NCBI GenBank assembly: GCA_964451435.1
Contig: CAYVHW010000001.1
Span: forward strand, 740 to 64,739
From: an uncultured Nitrososphaeria archaeon
GTDB taxonomy: Archaea > Thermoproteota > Nitrososphaeria_A > Caldarchaeales > Wolframiiraptoraceae
DNA: 64,000 nt
Reading direction: 5' to 3'
This document shows positions 28,250 through 38,002 of this stretch, piece by piece. Positions within the stretch are counted from its first letter, which is position 1; each line of letters begins with the position of its first letter. Position numbers and translations under genes: made by a program. A model generated the notes under the pieces. The model searched no databases. It was not told the origin of the DNA and was given only the letters and a program-made list of their open reading frames with translations.

Positions 28250-30019
28250 ATGTGTGGGATCATAGGCTATATTGGAAATAGGAGGGCCGCCCCAATCCTA
28301 TTGAAGGGTCTCAAACACCTAGAGTATAGGGGTTATGACTCCGCGGGCATGGCGACTCTGAGCTCAAGGGTCGAGGTCAGGAAGGATGTCGGGAAGATTG
28401 AGGATCTTGAGAAGAGGTTGAGGTTTGAGGAGATGGAGGGTGAGGTTGGCATAGGGCATACGAGGTGGGCGACCCATGGAAAAGTCACCAAGGAGAACGC
28501 TCACCCCCACTTCTCACAGAACAGGAAGATCTACGTAGTCCATAATGGGATAATCGAGAACTATCAAGAGCTGAGGGAGTTCTTAAAGGAGAATGGGTTC
28601 AATTTTTATAGCGAGACCGATACAGAGGTAATCCCAAACCTCATCCAATACGAGATGGAGAGGGGAAAGAACTTCGAAGAAGCGTGTAAGGCGGCGTTAA
28701 AGAGATTGGAGGGAAGCTTCGCCGTAGTCATAATGCATGAGGGCGAGGAGAAGCTTATAGCGGCGAGGAGAGGATCACCTCTAGTCATAGGGGTTGGGGA
28801 TGGAGAATACTTTGTGGCGAGCGATATACCGGCCTTCTTAGAATTCACGAAGAAGGTAATCTTCATGTACGACTGGGACTTCGCGGTCATAACCAAGAAC
28901 GGCGTAAAGTTCTACAATTTGAGAGAAGGTAAAGAGGTTGAGAGGAGCATAGATGTGATAGATTGGGATGCTGAGCAGGCCAAGAAGGGCGAGTTCAAAC
29001 ACTATATGATAAAGGAGATCTTAGAGCAGGTCGAGACCATTCAGAGGGCCGCAATGCAGGATGAGAGTATAGTGGCCGCTATCGTGGAGGAGATGAGGAA
29101 GGCGAGGGGGATATTCTTCGTTGGATGTGGATCAAGCTATCACGCATGCTTCGCCGGGAGCTATATCTTCTCAAAGGTCGCAAACCTCCACGTCAACGTG
29201 ATGCTGGCCTCCGAGTTCCCAAACTTCAAGCACTTCCTAAACGAGAATACATTGGTCTTCGCGGTGTCCCAGAGCGGTGAGACGGCTGATGTATTGGAGG
29301 CCGTGAGGGCGGCGAAGGAGAAGGGGAGTAAGGTCATCTCGATCACAAATGTTAGAGGGTCTTCGATAACTAGATACTCGGATAGATTCCTCCTACTGAA
29401 TGCTGGCCCCGAGATCTGCGTCCTCGCCACGAAGACCTATACATCTCAACTCGCTTTACTAACCCTTCTAGCCTACGCATATGCTGGGAGATATGAGGAG
29501 GGTAGGAAGAGGCTTAGATACCTCTGGAATGTGGTGTATAACTTGACCTCTAGGACCAGCCGGGAGATGATAAAGAAGCTCGCTGAGAGGTTGAAGGATG
29601 AGGAGCACATATTCGTCATCGGGAGGGGATTACAATATGCGACGGCGCTCGAGGCGGCTCTTAAGATAAAGGAGGTCTCATATATTCATGCCGAAGCCTT
29701 TGCGGGTGGAGAGCTTAAGCATGGAACCATAGCCTTGATAGAGGATGGGACGCCGTGCATAGTCTTCGTCTCGGAGGAGAATGAGAAGGAGATAATATCG
29801 AACGCGGTTGAGATTAAGTCTAGGGGAGGATACATAATAGGGGTCTCGCCGAAGAACAACGAGGTCTTCGACTTCTGGATAAAGGTGCCCGAATGCGACG
29901 TCGCAAACCCAATAGTCCAGATAATACCTATCCAGATCCTAGCCTATCAGCTCGCGGTTCTGAGAGGGTATGATCCGGATAAGCCCAGGAACTTGGCGAA
30001 GTCCGTGACGGTGAAATGA
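28250..30019 (+). CDS. glmS: Glutamine-fructose-6-phosphate aminotransferase
   Basis: MCGIIG, LEYRGYDSAG, GHTRWATHG, SQSGETAD and PRNLAKSVTV motifs. Confidence 0.98.
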   Translation: MCGIIGYIGNRRAAPILLKGLKHLEYRGYDSAGMATLSSRVEVRKDVGKIEDLEKRLRFEEMEGEVGIGHTRWATHGKVTKENAHPHFSQNRKIYVVHNGIIENYQELREFLKENGFNFYSETDTEVIPNLIQYEMERGKNFEEACKAALKRLEGSFAVVIMHEGEEKLIAARRGSPLVIGVGDGEYFVASDIPAFLEFTKKVIFMYDWDFAVITKNGVKFYNLREGKEVERSIDVIDWDAEQAKKGEFKHYMIKEILEQVETIQRAAMQDESIVAAIVEEMRKARGIFFVGCGSSYHACFAGSYIFSKVANLHVNVMLASEFPNFKHFLNENTLVFAVSQSGETADVLEAVRAAKEKGSKVISITNVRGSSITRYSDRFLLLNAGPEICVLATKTYTSQLALLTLLAYAYAGRYEEGRKRLRYLWNVVYNLTSRTSREMIKKLAERLKDEEHIFVIGRGLQYATALEAALKIKEVSYIHAEAFAGGELKHGTIALIEDGTPCIVFVSEENEKEIISNAVEIKSRGGYIIGVSPKNNEVFDFWIKVPECDVANPIVQIIPIQILAYQLAVLRGYDPDKPRNLAKSVTVK

Positions 30020-30453
30020 TGGATATTAGAGTGGCGAGGGAGGAGGATCTACCACAGCTAATCTCCATCCTCAGCCAACTCAATCCACGGGCGGAGAGAT
30101 GCGATCTGGAGAAGGCGAGGCAGGTCTTCAGGGAGCTGTCAAGATCCAATCAGCAATTCATCATGGTCTGCGAGATCGATGGGAGGGTCGTTGGAACAGC
30201 GGAACTCGTCATAAAACACAACCTAACCCATGGATGTAAGCCCTATGGATTCATAGAGAACGTGGTCGTGGATCAGCGCTATCGTGGCAGGGGAATAGGG
30301 GTCAAGCTCATCGAGAATTGCATCAAGATGGCTAGGGAGAGGGGATGCTATAAGCTCATCTTAACATGCAAGGATGAGCTAGTGAAATGGTATGGAAGGT
30401 TTGGATTTAAGGAGTTCGGCGAAAAGGCCCTTAGACTAGATCTGGAAGAGTGA
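30016..30453 (+). CDS. GNAT acetyltransferase, GNA1-like (glucosamine-6-phosphate N-acetyltransferase)
   Basis: IENVVVD-RYRGRGIG and GCYKLILTC; translationally coupled to glmS. Confidence 0.7.
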   Translation: MMDIRVAREEDLPQLISILSQLNPRAERCDLEKARQVFRELSRSNQQFIMVCEIDGRVVGTAELVIKHNLTHGCKPYGFIENVVVDQRYRGRGIGVKLIENCIKMARERGCYKLILTCKDELVKWYGRFGFKEFGEKALRLDLEE

Positions 30454-30458
30454 TTTAG

Positions 30459-31253
30459 GTGAAGGTGATCAAGCAGAAAGCTAGGAGAGCCTTTTCTCCG
30501 ACGAAGATCCCTGGAGCGAGGTGGGTGATTAACCAATATATCGGCTGCCAACACGCCTGCAGATACTGTTATGCCAAGTTCATGTGTAAGTGGTATGATT
30601 ATGGGAGATGGGGTTCTTGGGTGGTTGTGAGGGAGAATATGCCGGAGCTTGTGAAGGGTAGATATGTCGCTGGAAAGGTGTATATGTCGAGCGTCTCCGA
30701 TCCCTATCAGCCGATCGAGAAGAGATTTGAACTCACAAGGAGGATTCTCGAAAACATGGGTAAGAGAGTGAAGATCTCGATCCTGACGAAATCCGACCTA
30801 GTTCTGAGGGATTTAGAGCTATTCAAGAGGTTTAGGAATATCGAAGTTGGGCTGACTGTGAATGGCTTCGAAGAATCCGTCAAGAATGATCTCGAACCAT
30901 ATTCGCCGAGCATCGGGAGGAGGATCGAGGCATTGAAGAGATTACATGAGAGCGGGGTCAAGAACTATGCCTTCATCTCCCCAATAATTCCAAAGCTGAC
31001 GGACATCGAGGAGATAATAAGCGATACCAGAGGCTTCGTCACATACTACCTCTTCGAGTTCCTAAACTTTAGAGCCGCTGGAGCGGAGTTTAGGAGGTTT
31101 CTGAGAGATAGGTATTGGGAGGCATATGAGGTTATGTCGAATAAGGATAGACTTGAGAGATATGCTAGAGATACTATTGAGACCATTAGAAGGAGCGGGG
31201 TTAAGATAGGAGGAATATACCTACACTACCCAGAACTCACCATGTTGAAGTAA
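30459..31253 (+). CDS. Radical SAM protein, spore-photoproduct-lyase-like family
   Basis: GCQHACRYCYA, SSVSDPYQPIE, ILTKS and FISPIIP motifs. Confidence 0.85.
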   Translation: MKVIKQKARRAFSPTKIPGARWVINQYIGCQHACRYCYAKFMCKWYDYGRWGSWVVVRENMPELVKGRYVAGKVYMSSVSDPYQPIEKRFELTRRILENMGKRVKISILTKSDLVLRDLELFKRFRNIEVGLTVNGFEESVKNDLEPYSPSIGRRIEALKRLHESGVKNYAFISPIIPKLTDIEEIISDTRGFVTYYLFEFLNFRAAGAEFRRFLRDRYWEAYEVMSNKDRLERYARDTIETIRRSGVKIGGIYLHYPELTMLK

Positions 31254-31260
31254 GCTATGC

Positions 31261-32292
31261 TTATCTCTTAACCTTCCTCTTCCCACCTCTCCAAATGGGG
31301 GGATACGTCCCTCTCTCCATGATCACTCTCTCCGTCTTCGCGGCGATTCCATGAGATGCTTCGAGAATCTCCTCTGCATTCATCTTGGCCTCGGCTAGGG
31401 CCACGAGCTCTCCCTTCAGGGTCATTAAGGCCACGGTCTCACCCCTCTTAACCGAGTCCTCAACCCTTGAGATTCCCGCAACCGCTAGATCCGCTCCATG
31501 GCATATCGCGTCGACAGCTGTGTCGAGGACATAGATCTTAGGGAGATGTTTAACTGCCTCCTCAACGGGCTTCACAACTGATCTCAGAGGCCCCTCTTCC
31601 CCATCCTCCCTAAACCTCTTCAAGGCATCATAAACGTCTAGGATCGTGACCGAGTCTTCCTCGGTGAACGGCCCAGCCCTAACTCTCCTAAGCTCCTGCA
31701 TATGCGCCCCGCATCCTAGGTAGAGTCCGAGGTCGTGGCAGTATTTTCTGATATAGGTTCCGCCCGAGCATGAGATCCTCAATAGAACATCTCTCCCATC
31801 CCTCTCGATCAGCTCAGCCCTATAGATCATCCTAGTCCTTATACTCCTTGAGACGCTAGATCGAATGGGTGGAACTTGGTAGATCTCTCCAGTGAATAAT
31901 CTTATGGCCTCGGCGAGCTCCTCGTCTGAAACGTCTCCATGAAGTCTGAGGACGCAGACATACTCCTTACCCCCGCGCATAACCGCCCCCGCGCATTTTG
32001 TCGCATCATTTATGAGGATCGGCAAGACCCCTGAGACCGCTGGATCAAGGGTTCCTCCATGGCCAGCCCTCCTAGCCTTGAATAAGGACTTTATCTTGGC
32101 AGATAGCTCATGGCTGGTTGGCCCCCTAGGCTTATCCAGATTAACCACGCCCAGTCTTAGAAGTTTCTCGACACTCCTCCTATATGGGTCCTCGCCATAG
32201 TCTGGATCGGTCTCGGCTTCAAGTCTAACTAGAACTCTATGTCTCTCCTCCCAAGGCGGGGTTGTGGCCTCGAAGATCATCCAACAATCCAT
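31261..32292 (-). CDS. cbf5: H/ACA RNA-guided pseudouridine synthase Cbf5
   Basis: DKPRGPTSHE, GHGGTLDP, GTYIRK, HMQELRR and a PUA domain. Confidence 0.96.
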   Translation of the reverse strand: MDCWMIFEATTPPWEERHRVLVRLEAETDPDYGEDPYRRSVEKLLRLGVVNLDKPRGPTSHELSAKIKSLFKARRAGHGGTLDPAVSGVLPILINDATKCAGAVMRGGKEYVCVLRLHGDVSDEELAEAIRLFTGEIYQVPPIRSSVSRSIRTRMIYRAELIERDGRDVLLRISCSGGTYIRKYCHDLGLYLGCGAHMQELRRVRAGPFTEEDSVTILDVYDALKRFREDGEEGPLRSVVKPVEEAVKHLPKIYVLDTAVDAICHGADLAVAGISRVEDSVKRGETVALMTLKGELVALAEAKMNAEEILEASHGIAAKTERVIMERGTYPPIWRGGKRKVKR

Positions 32293-32313
32293 CGGGTTCT
32301 CTCATTATAAGGT

Positions 32314-32610
32314 CTACGATGGGAGGGCCGTGGGCTTAACCTCAACCCTCCTTCTCATATAGTCGATCAGCCCAGCCTCCTCCAAGGCCTTCAAGACCTC
32401 CTCATCGCTTGCGCCCTTGGAGATCTTGATCTTATGGGGGGTGAAGGCGAGGTGCGCGATATTCACCCTCCTCCTCTTAACACCCGTTAGGCTTTTGGGG
32501 CCTGTGACTAAGACGAAGTTCTTGCCTATGACATCGACGATCACGCATTTTCTAGAAGCCTCCCTCCCAGCCACCTTAACAGCTATCCTCCCAACCTCCT
32601 CGATCATCAC
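32314..32610 (-). CDS. rpl14e: 50S ribosomal protein eL14
   Basis: [13 protein letters not shown] and [18 protein letters not shown] motifs. Confidence 0.97.
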   Translation of the reverse strand: MMIEEVGRIAVKVAGREASRKCVIVDVIGKNFVLVTGPKSLTGVKRRRVNIAHLAFTPHKIKISKGASDEEVLKALEEAGLIDYMRRRVEVKPTALPS

Positions 32611-32712
32611 GTTTCCTAAGAGATAGCTCCTATTTGATCTTATGCTAACCTCTATCGATCGGGTTTTGAGATGGTGGATTGCCTCTCATGGGATCAAGTG
32701 AGTGTCAAGAAT

Positions 32713-33801
32713 CTAAATTATTAGTTTCCCGCTCTTCTTCTCGAAGATATGTGATTTATCGAAATTGAAGTAAACCCATACCTTATCGCCCATCTCCACC
32801 TTAAAGTCAGGTGATGCTAGGGCTTTAATCGATAAGCCATCCTTTACTAAGGTTAATACAATCCTATCTCCTAAAGGTTCTACTACATGAACGGTGAACT
32901 CTATACTCCCTTTCTCCTCTCTCTTAAAAACTCTCAAATCTTGAGGTCTAACGCCATATATCAGCTCTCCTGATCCTTGAATGAGGCTAGCCCAGCTATC
33001 GGGGATCTTGAGCTTGAAAGCCCCGAAGTCTAGGGCTCCCGCCGTGATTAACGAGCAGTTAAGGAGATTCATCGGCGGGCTACCTATAAAGCCAGCGACG
33101 AAGAGATTAGCTGGTTTATCGTAGAGGTCGCCGGGGGTACCAATCTGCTGTATCTTTCCTAAGTTCATTACGGCGATTCTATCCGCCATACTCATCGCCT
33201 CAACTTGGTCATGGGTGACGTAGATCGTTGTACATCTAAATTCTCTCTGAATTCTCTTAAGCTCAGCCCTCATATACACTCTCAGTTTAGCGTCTAAGTT
33301 TGCTAAGGGCTCATCTAACAAGAGGACAGCGGGCTCAATTATTAAAGCTCTAGCGAGAGCAACTCGTTGTTGCTGTCCGCCGCTAAGCTCGTGGGGCTTT
33401 CTATCCAGAAGATCTCTTATCCTAAGAAGGTCTGCCATGTCATATACTCTTCTCCTTATTTCCTCCTTTGGAAGTTTTCGGATATATGCGGGGAAGGCTA
33501 TGTTATCGAATACGTTCATATGTGGGAAGAGAGCGTAGCTCTGAAAGACCATCGATACGTTTCTCTTCTGCGGTAGCACATATATCGTCTCCCCATTATC
33601 AACCAATTCATCGCCGAAGTATACGCGACCTTTAGTAACTCTCTCCAAACCCGATATAATCCTAAGAGTCGTTGTCTTGCCACAACCACTTGGCCCTAAG
33701 AGCACCATAAATTCACCATCCTTTACTTTAAAAGTTAAGCCATCTACAGCAACTACTCTCCCGAACTTCTTTGTAACATCTTCAAGAGCTACTGCAACCA
33801 T
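32713..33801 (-). CDS. Sugar/G3P (CUT1) ABC transporter ATPase, MalK/UgpC-like
   Basis: GPSGCGKTT, VFQSYALFPH, LSGGQQQR, YVTHDQ and a TOBE domain. Confidence 0.93.
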   Translation of the reverse strand: MVAVALEDVTKKFGRVVAVDGLTFKVKDGEFMVLLGPSGCGKTTTLRIISGLERVTKGRVYFGDELVDNGETIYVLPQKRNVSMVFQSYALFPHMNVFDNIAFPAYIRKLPKEEIRRRVYDMADLLRIRDLLDRKPHELSGGQQQRVALARALIIEPAVLLLDEPLANLDAKLRVYMRAELKRIQREFRCTTIYVTHDQVEAMSMADRIAVMNLGKIQQIGTPGDLYDKPANLFVAGFIGSPPMNLLNCSLITAGALDFGAFKLKIPDSWASLIQGSGELIYGVRPQDLRVFKREEKGSIEFTVHVVEPLGDRIVLTLVKDGLSIKALASPDFKVEMGDKVWVYFNFDKSHIFEKKSGKLII

Positions 33802-33817
33802 GCCATGCAACCCCCAG

Positions 33818-34711
33818 CTATCTAACCTCTATTTTTCCGAGCTTTATCTTCATCAGATGCTCTCTAAATGCGAAATATATACATATTGGAGGGATGGTAT
33901 AGATCACAGACAGGGCACAAGCTGATCCATAGTCTATGGCAAGACCTATTTCGCCGGGATTATGTACGAATATGGACGCTAAGCCCAGCGATATGGGATA
34001 GAGGTCTTCAGAGTATATCATGATGAGCGGCACGATGAAGTTCCCCCACCCGCTTAAGAAGCTTAAGAATGCCACTATGGCTAGCCCCGGACCAGCCGCT
34101 GGCAAGACGACCTTAAACAAGGTCATTAAGTGGCCGCAGCCACATATCCACGCCTGCTCCTCTATCTCTCTAGGTATATGATCGAAGAATCCCTTTATGA
34201 TCCAGATTTGAGTTGGAATTGTTCCGGATGCTATGACGATCGCCGTTCCTAGGAGATTATCGATGAGCCCGAGAAGTTTACCAAGCCTGTATAGTGGAAG
34301 CATTTTAGCGGTCATGGGCATGAATCCTATTAGCAATATAGCGGTCATTAAGAGATCCTTCCCTCTAAAATCAAGTCTTGAGAGAGCATAGCCTGCCGGA
34401 GCACTAAGTACAATGGTGATGATCATTGTAGCAAATCCTATAAATAAGCTATTTGCTATCCATCTAGACATATAAATCGGGTGAGCTGCATATCCAGCGA
34501 TCCCCTTAGTGTGTTGTTCTGTGAAAATCCTGATAAAGTTATCTAATGTGACTTCTTTAGGAATTTCAAGATAAGGGCTTCCCGTAGCGCTAAAGGCTGT
34601 GACAAAGAGCCATGCTAGAGGGGTGAGCACATAGGCGAATAAGGTGAAGAGTATGACATAGCCTATAACTGTAAAGCTTGGCTCAGCAATCTTCTTTAGC
34701 ATCTTACTCAT
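33818..34711 (-). CDS. CUT1 ABC transporter permease (MalG/UgpE-like)
   Basis: AGYALSR and GFFDHIPREIEEQA (EAA loop). Confidence 0.9.
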   Translation of the reverse strand: MSKMLKKIAEPSFTVIGYVILFTLFAYVLTPLAWLFVTAFSATGSPYLEIPKEVTLDNFIRIFTEQHTKGIAGYAAHPIYMSRWIANSLFIGFATMIITIVLSAPAGYALSRLDFRGKDLLMTAILLIGFMPMTAKMLPLYRLGKLLGLIDNLLGTAIVIASGTIPTQIWIIKGFFDHIPREIEEQAWICGCGHLMTLFKVVLPAAGPGLAIVAFLSFLSGWGNFIVPLIMIYSEDLYPISLGLASIFVHNPGEIGLAIDYGSACALSVIYTIPPICIYFAFREHLMKIKLGKIEVR

Positions 34712-34715
34712 AACA

Positions 34716-35615
34716 TCACCCCCTGACCTCGCTCATCTTTAATTGGAGTAGCGTGAGCACGAATACTATAATCGCTATTATGAAGCCGACGGCGCATCCA
34801 AAACCTAGCTCAAAGTCGCTGAAAGCTTTATGGTAGGCGTAGAGAGAGATGAGTTCTGTTTTGTAATCTGGGTAGGGTGTCTCTCCTGTAAACATATAGG
34901 CATATGTGAAATCGTCTATGTCCTCTTTGAAGATGAGGATTAAAGTTAATATCAGAGGATATTTGATTAGGGGTAAGGTTATTTTTCTAAACTTAAACCA
35001 CCTAGATGCTCCATAAATGTCTGATATCTCATAATACTCCTTGGGTATGCTTGTTAAAGCCGATGCTAGGACTAGCATGGCCAAAGCATATCCGGCCCAA
35101 CAGTTAACCGCTATTATGCTCTCAGTTAATCTCTCATATGTCCAGCTTTGGGGAGGCAGGTTTAAAGCTCTTAAAACTCTATTGACCGTTCCGTAGTCAG
35201 GTTCGAGCATGCTTAACCATACATATGAATGTATAGCTCCAGGGATTATGTAAGGTAGAAGGAAAATGGCGGCCATTACCCCCTTGCCCTTGAAAGCCTT
35301 GGAGGTTATGTAAAAGGCTGCGGCGAGACCTAGGAGGAAGCGTAATGCTAGGGATGCGAGGCAATAGTAAAGAGTCACTTTCATCGAGATCCAGAAGTAA
35401 CTGTCGCTAAGAGCTTTTATGTAATTCTCTAAGCCTACGAAATTGTAATGTAAGAACTTTTTGCCTACAAGCGCCATATCCGTGAAGCCTATCCATATAG
35501 TCCATATCGTTGGGATTAGCTGAAATATCACTAAGATTATCAGAGCTGGAATTAAAAATAAAGTTAGGACCAAGATTTTGGCATTAACCTTTACTCGGTC
35601 TTTAATTTCCTTCAT
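34716..35615 (-). CDS. CUT1 ABC transporter permease (MalF/UgpA-like)
   Basis: FVGLENY and IPKEYYEISDIYGA...ITLP motifs. Confidence 0.9.
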   Translation of the reverse strand: MKEIKDRVKVNAKILVLTLFLIPALIILVIFQLIPTIWTIWIGFTDMALVGKKFLHYNFVGLENYIKALSDSYFWISMKVTLYYCLASLALRFLLGLAAAFYITSKAFKGKGVMAAIFLLPYIIPGAIHSYVWLSMLEPDYGTVNRVLRALNLPPQSWTYERLTESIIAVNCWAGYALAMLVLASALTSIPKEYYEISDIYGASRWFKFRKITLPLIKYPLILTLILIFKEDIDDFTYAYMFTGETPYPDYKTELISLYAYHKAFSDFELGFGCAVGFIIAIIVFVLTLLQLKMSEVRG

Positions 35616-35620
35616 CCACC

Positions 35621-35632
35621 AATAAAAAATAA
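35621..35632 (-). terminator. T-rich terminator or attenuator after the SBP gene
   Basis: Minus strand TTATTTTTTATT. Confidence 0.4.
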
Positions 35633-35644
35633 GGAGTATTGTAT

Positions 35645-36982
35645 TTAGAGTTTGCTCTTAACCCTGTCGGCCCCGAGTTCGGCGGTCACCGCTGCTGCAA
35701 AGGCCTCCATGCACTCCTCAGGAGTTTTACCTTCGGTTACTAACTCCTTTTTCACGGTATCCTGCAAAACTTTCAGATACTTCCTAATACCCAGGGCTAA
35801 AGGCTTCGCTACGCCATATTTCTCCATAGCCTCGGTATTCCATTTAAGGAATACGTCTTTAGCGTAATCTCCTATTACCGCATCGGCACGTGCAACTAGG
35901 TGACTGGTCTTGTAACCCCAACTAGACATAACTTCCGGTTTAACGAGCTCCTTTATTAGCTCGAAGGCCAATTCTGGGTGTTCCGATTTCGCGCCTATAG
36001 CCCACGCATAATCCCTCATAGTCACAACATACTTCGGAGCTCCAGCCGCTCCCGAACCAGGTAGATATGCGTAGCCGACAGTCTCCTCCCTATTAGGTAT
36101 CTCATAAGCCATTCCAGGACCCCATTTCTCGCTATAACACCAGGTTCCATCGACTAGTATGGCTAGCTTGCCCTCTTGGAAGAGCTTTCTCGTATCCCAC
36201 CTCTCCAATATCAGCTCTCTAGGGGTAACTTTATACGTGTAAAAGGCATCGTAGTATACTTTGAAGAGGAATAGTATCTCCTTGCTTTTTACGATGAACT
36301 TTCCATCAGTTGGATCATATATCTTGCCTCCAGCGGAGAATATAGGTGTTTGAATTTCACCCCCATAGTATGGACTTAGAGGAACTTTAACATCCGGGAC
36401 CTTCTCTTTGATAATTCTAGCGGCTTCAAAGACATCTTCCCAAGTTTTAGGTTGCCATGGTACCGGTAGACCAGCCTTTTTGAATATGTCTTTACGATAG
36501 TAGATTATTATTATGGCTGCATCGTTTGGGATGGCATATATCTTTCCTTTGCATCGGATCATGTCCTTGATCGTCTTGTAGAATTTGCCCCATTCATCCC
36601 ACTTCTCAACATACGGAGTTAAGTCTAGTACGTATCCAGATTCTACCATGTCTGGAATCATGACGAGACTTACCCAGAAGACGTCTGGGACCGTTCCTGC
36701 AGCGAGGGTTGCCACCAGTTTCTCACTATAGCCCCTATGAGGTGCTGTTAGGAGCTTAACCTCAACCTCTATGTTCTTCTCCTTAAGCATACGCTCCTTG
36801 AATCTCTCGATGGCGCCTGAACCTCTTACAAAGTCCGCCCATAGGCCAGCTTTAGTGAATAACGTTAACTCAACTTTTCTCGGAGGTTTTGTCAGTACAA
36901 AGGAGTAGTAGGTCACGGCACCCACAACAACGATCGCTATTACAATGATAATCGCGAGAACGCGCTTACTTAGTGGCGACAT
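35645..36982 (-). CDS. CUT1 ABC substrate-binding protein
   Basis: N-terminal TM, PDVF, GKIYAIP, YYRKDIF and PKTWED motifs; start at 36982 preferred over 37081. Confidence 0.88.
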   Translation of the reverse strand: MSPLSKRVLAIIIVIAIVVVGAVTYYSFVLTKPPRKVELTLFTKAGLWADFVRGSGAIERFKERMLKEKNIEVEVKLLTAPHRGYSEKLVATLAAGTVPDVFWVSLVMIPDMVESGYVLDLTPYVEKWDEWGKFYKTIKDMIRCKGKIYAIPNDAAIIIIYYRKDIFKKAGLPVPWQPKTWEDVFEAARIIKEKVPDVKVPLSPYYGGEIQTPIFSAGGKIYDPTDGKFIVKSKEILFLFKVYYDAFYTYKVTPRELILERWDTRKLFQEGKLAILVDGTWCYSEKWGPGMAYEIPNREETVGYAYLPGSGAAGAPKYVVTMRDYAWAIGAKSEHPELAFELIKELVKPEVMSSWGYKTSHLVARADAVIGDYAKDVFLKWNTEAMEKYGVAKPLALGIRKYLKVLQDTVKKELVTEGKTPEECMEAFAAAVTAELGADRVKSKL

Positions 36983-37117
36983 TTTCCCACAGAAGAGGTG
37001 TTTATGATTCTTCCTAATAAATTTCACTCCATGAGATACGCCATGAAGGATATGCGGGAACTTTTGGCACGTCAAGAACATAAAAAATTTTTAGCTTGAT
37101 TAGGGTCGCAAATAACT

Positions 37118-37846
37118 TTAAGCTAGCTTCCTCAGGTAGGAGATTATCCTATCGGGATAGTCTGTGATCACCCCGTCGACTCCAAGCTTTTGAGCCTTAA
37201 CCAAGGTTTCAAGATCATTAATAGTCCATGCGAAAACTTCCATGCCTAGTTTATGAGCTTTTTCGACATAGGATCTCGTCAAGACAGATATATGGGGAGA
37301 TACCTCTACAACCTTCAACTCCCTAGCCATCTTCAATGGTTGAAGATATCCGGCTAGACCTAGCTCAAGGCGGCATTTCTCCTGCTTCATTACAGCTATG
37401 AAATTCCTCAGTATAGGTCTCCTACCTACAATCCTAACCTTTTTAGATAACCCTCTAGACACTATAGCATTAAGCACTCGGTTTTCATATCCTGGCTTCT
37501 TGACGTGAATTCTGAGCTTTGATTTAGAGTTTGCATATTCCTTTCTGAACAGCTCGAGCGCCTCTTCCAGCGTGGGGATTTTTTCACCATCGATCAAATC
37601 GAATTTTCTAATATTCTTAAAGTGCATCTTGCTAACATATCCGTTTCCGTTAGTCACCCTATCTATCTTCTTATCATGTATTAAGACTAAATGGCCATCA
37701 CCCGTCATCCTAACATCTACTTCCACGAAGTCGACTTTCATATCTAAGGCTAACTTGATAGCGCTTATGGAGTTTTCGGGTGCACGGCCTGAAGCTCCTC
37801 TATGAGCCACTACTTTCATCCCGCCAAACGGCGAATCAAACACCAT
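37118..37846 (-). CDS. Glycerophosphodiester phosphodiesterase family protein
   Basis: AHRGAS, PENS, VEVDV, HD, IPTLEE, AWTIN and GVITDYP motifs. Confidence 0.88.
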   Translation of the reverse strand: MVFDSPFGGMKVVAHRGASGRAPENSISAIKLALDMKVDFVEVDVRMTGDGHLVLIHDKKIDRVTNGNGYVSKMHFKNIRKFDLIDGEKIPTLEEALELFRKEYANSKSKLRIHVKKPGYENRVLNAIVSRGLSKKVRIVGRRPILRNFIAVMKQEKCRLELGLAGYLQPLKMARELKVVEVSPHISVLTRSYVEKAHKLGMEVFAWTINDLETLVKAQKLGVDGVITDYPDRIISYLRKLA

Positions 37847-38002
37847 TACCGGTGTAATTGAAACGTCAAAGTGAATATTAACCTATCTTTTCCTCGAAAT
37901 TTATAAAGCCTCGCCTTGGCTAATAAGTATTCCTTCTTCCTGTAGATTATCACATTCTCATTGCATGGGCAAGGAGATTTATGCCGTATTCGATCTTCGC
38001 GA

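Larger units (their letters stand above)
32640..37990. other. Compositionally atypical (AT-richer) island, probably acquired horizontally
   Basis: By eye, lower GC and far fewer GATC/TCGA sites than the flanks; boundaries approximate. Confidence 0.55.
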
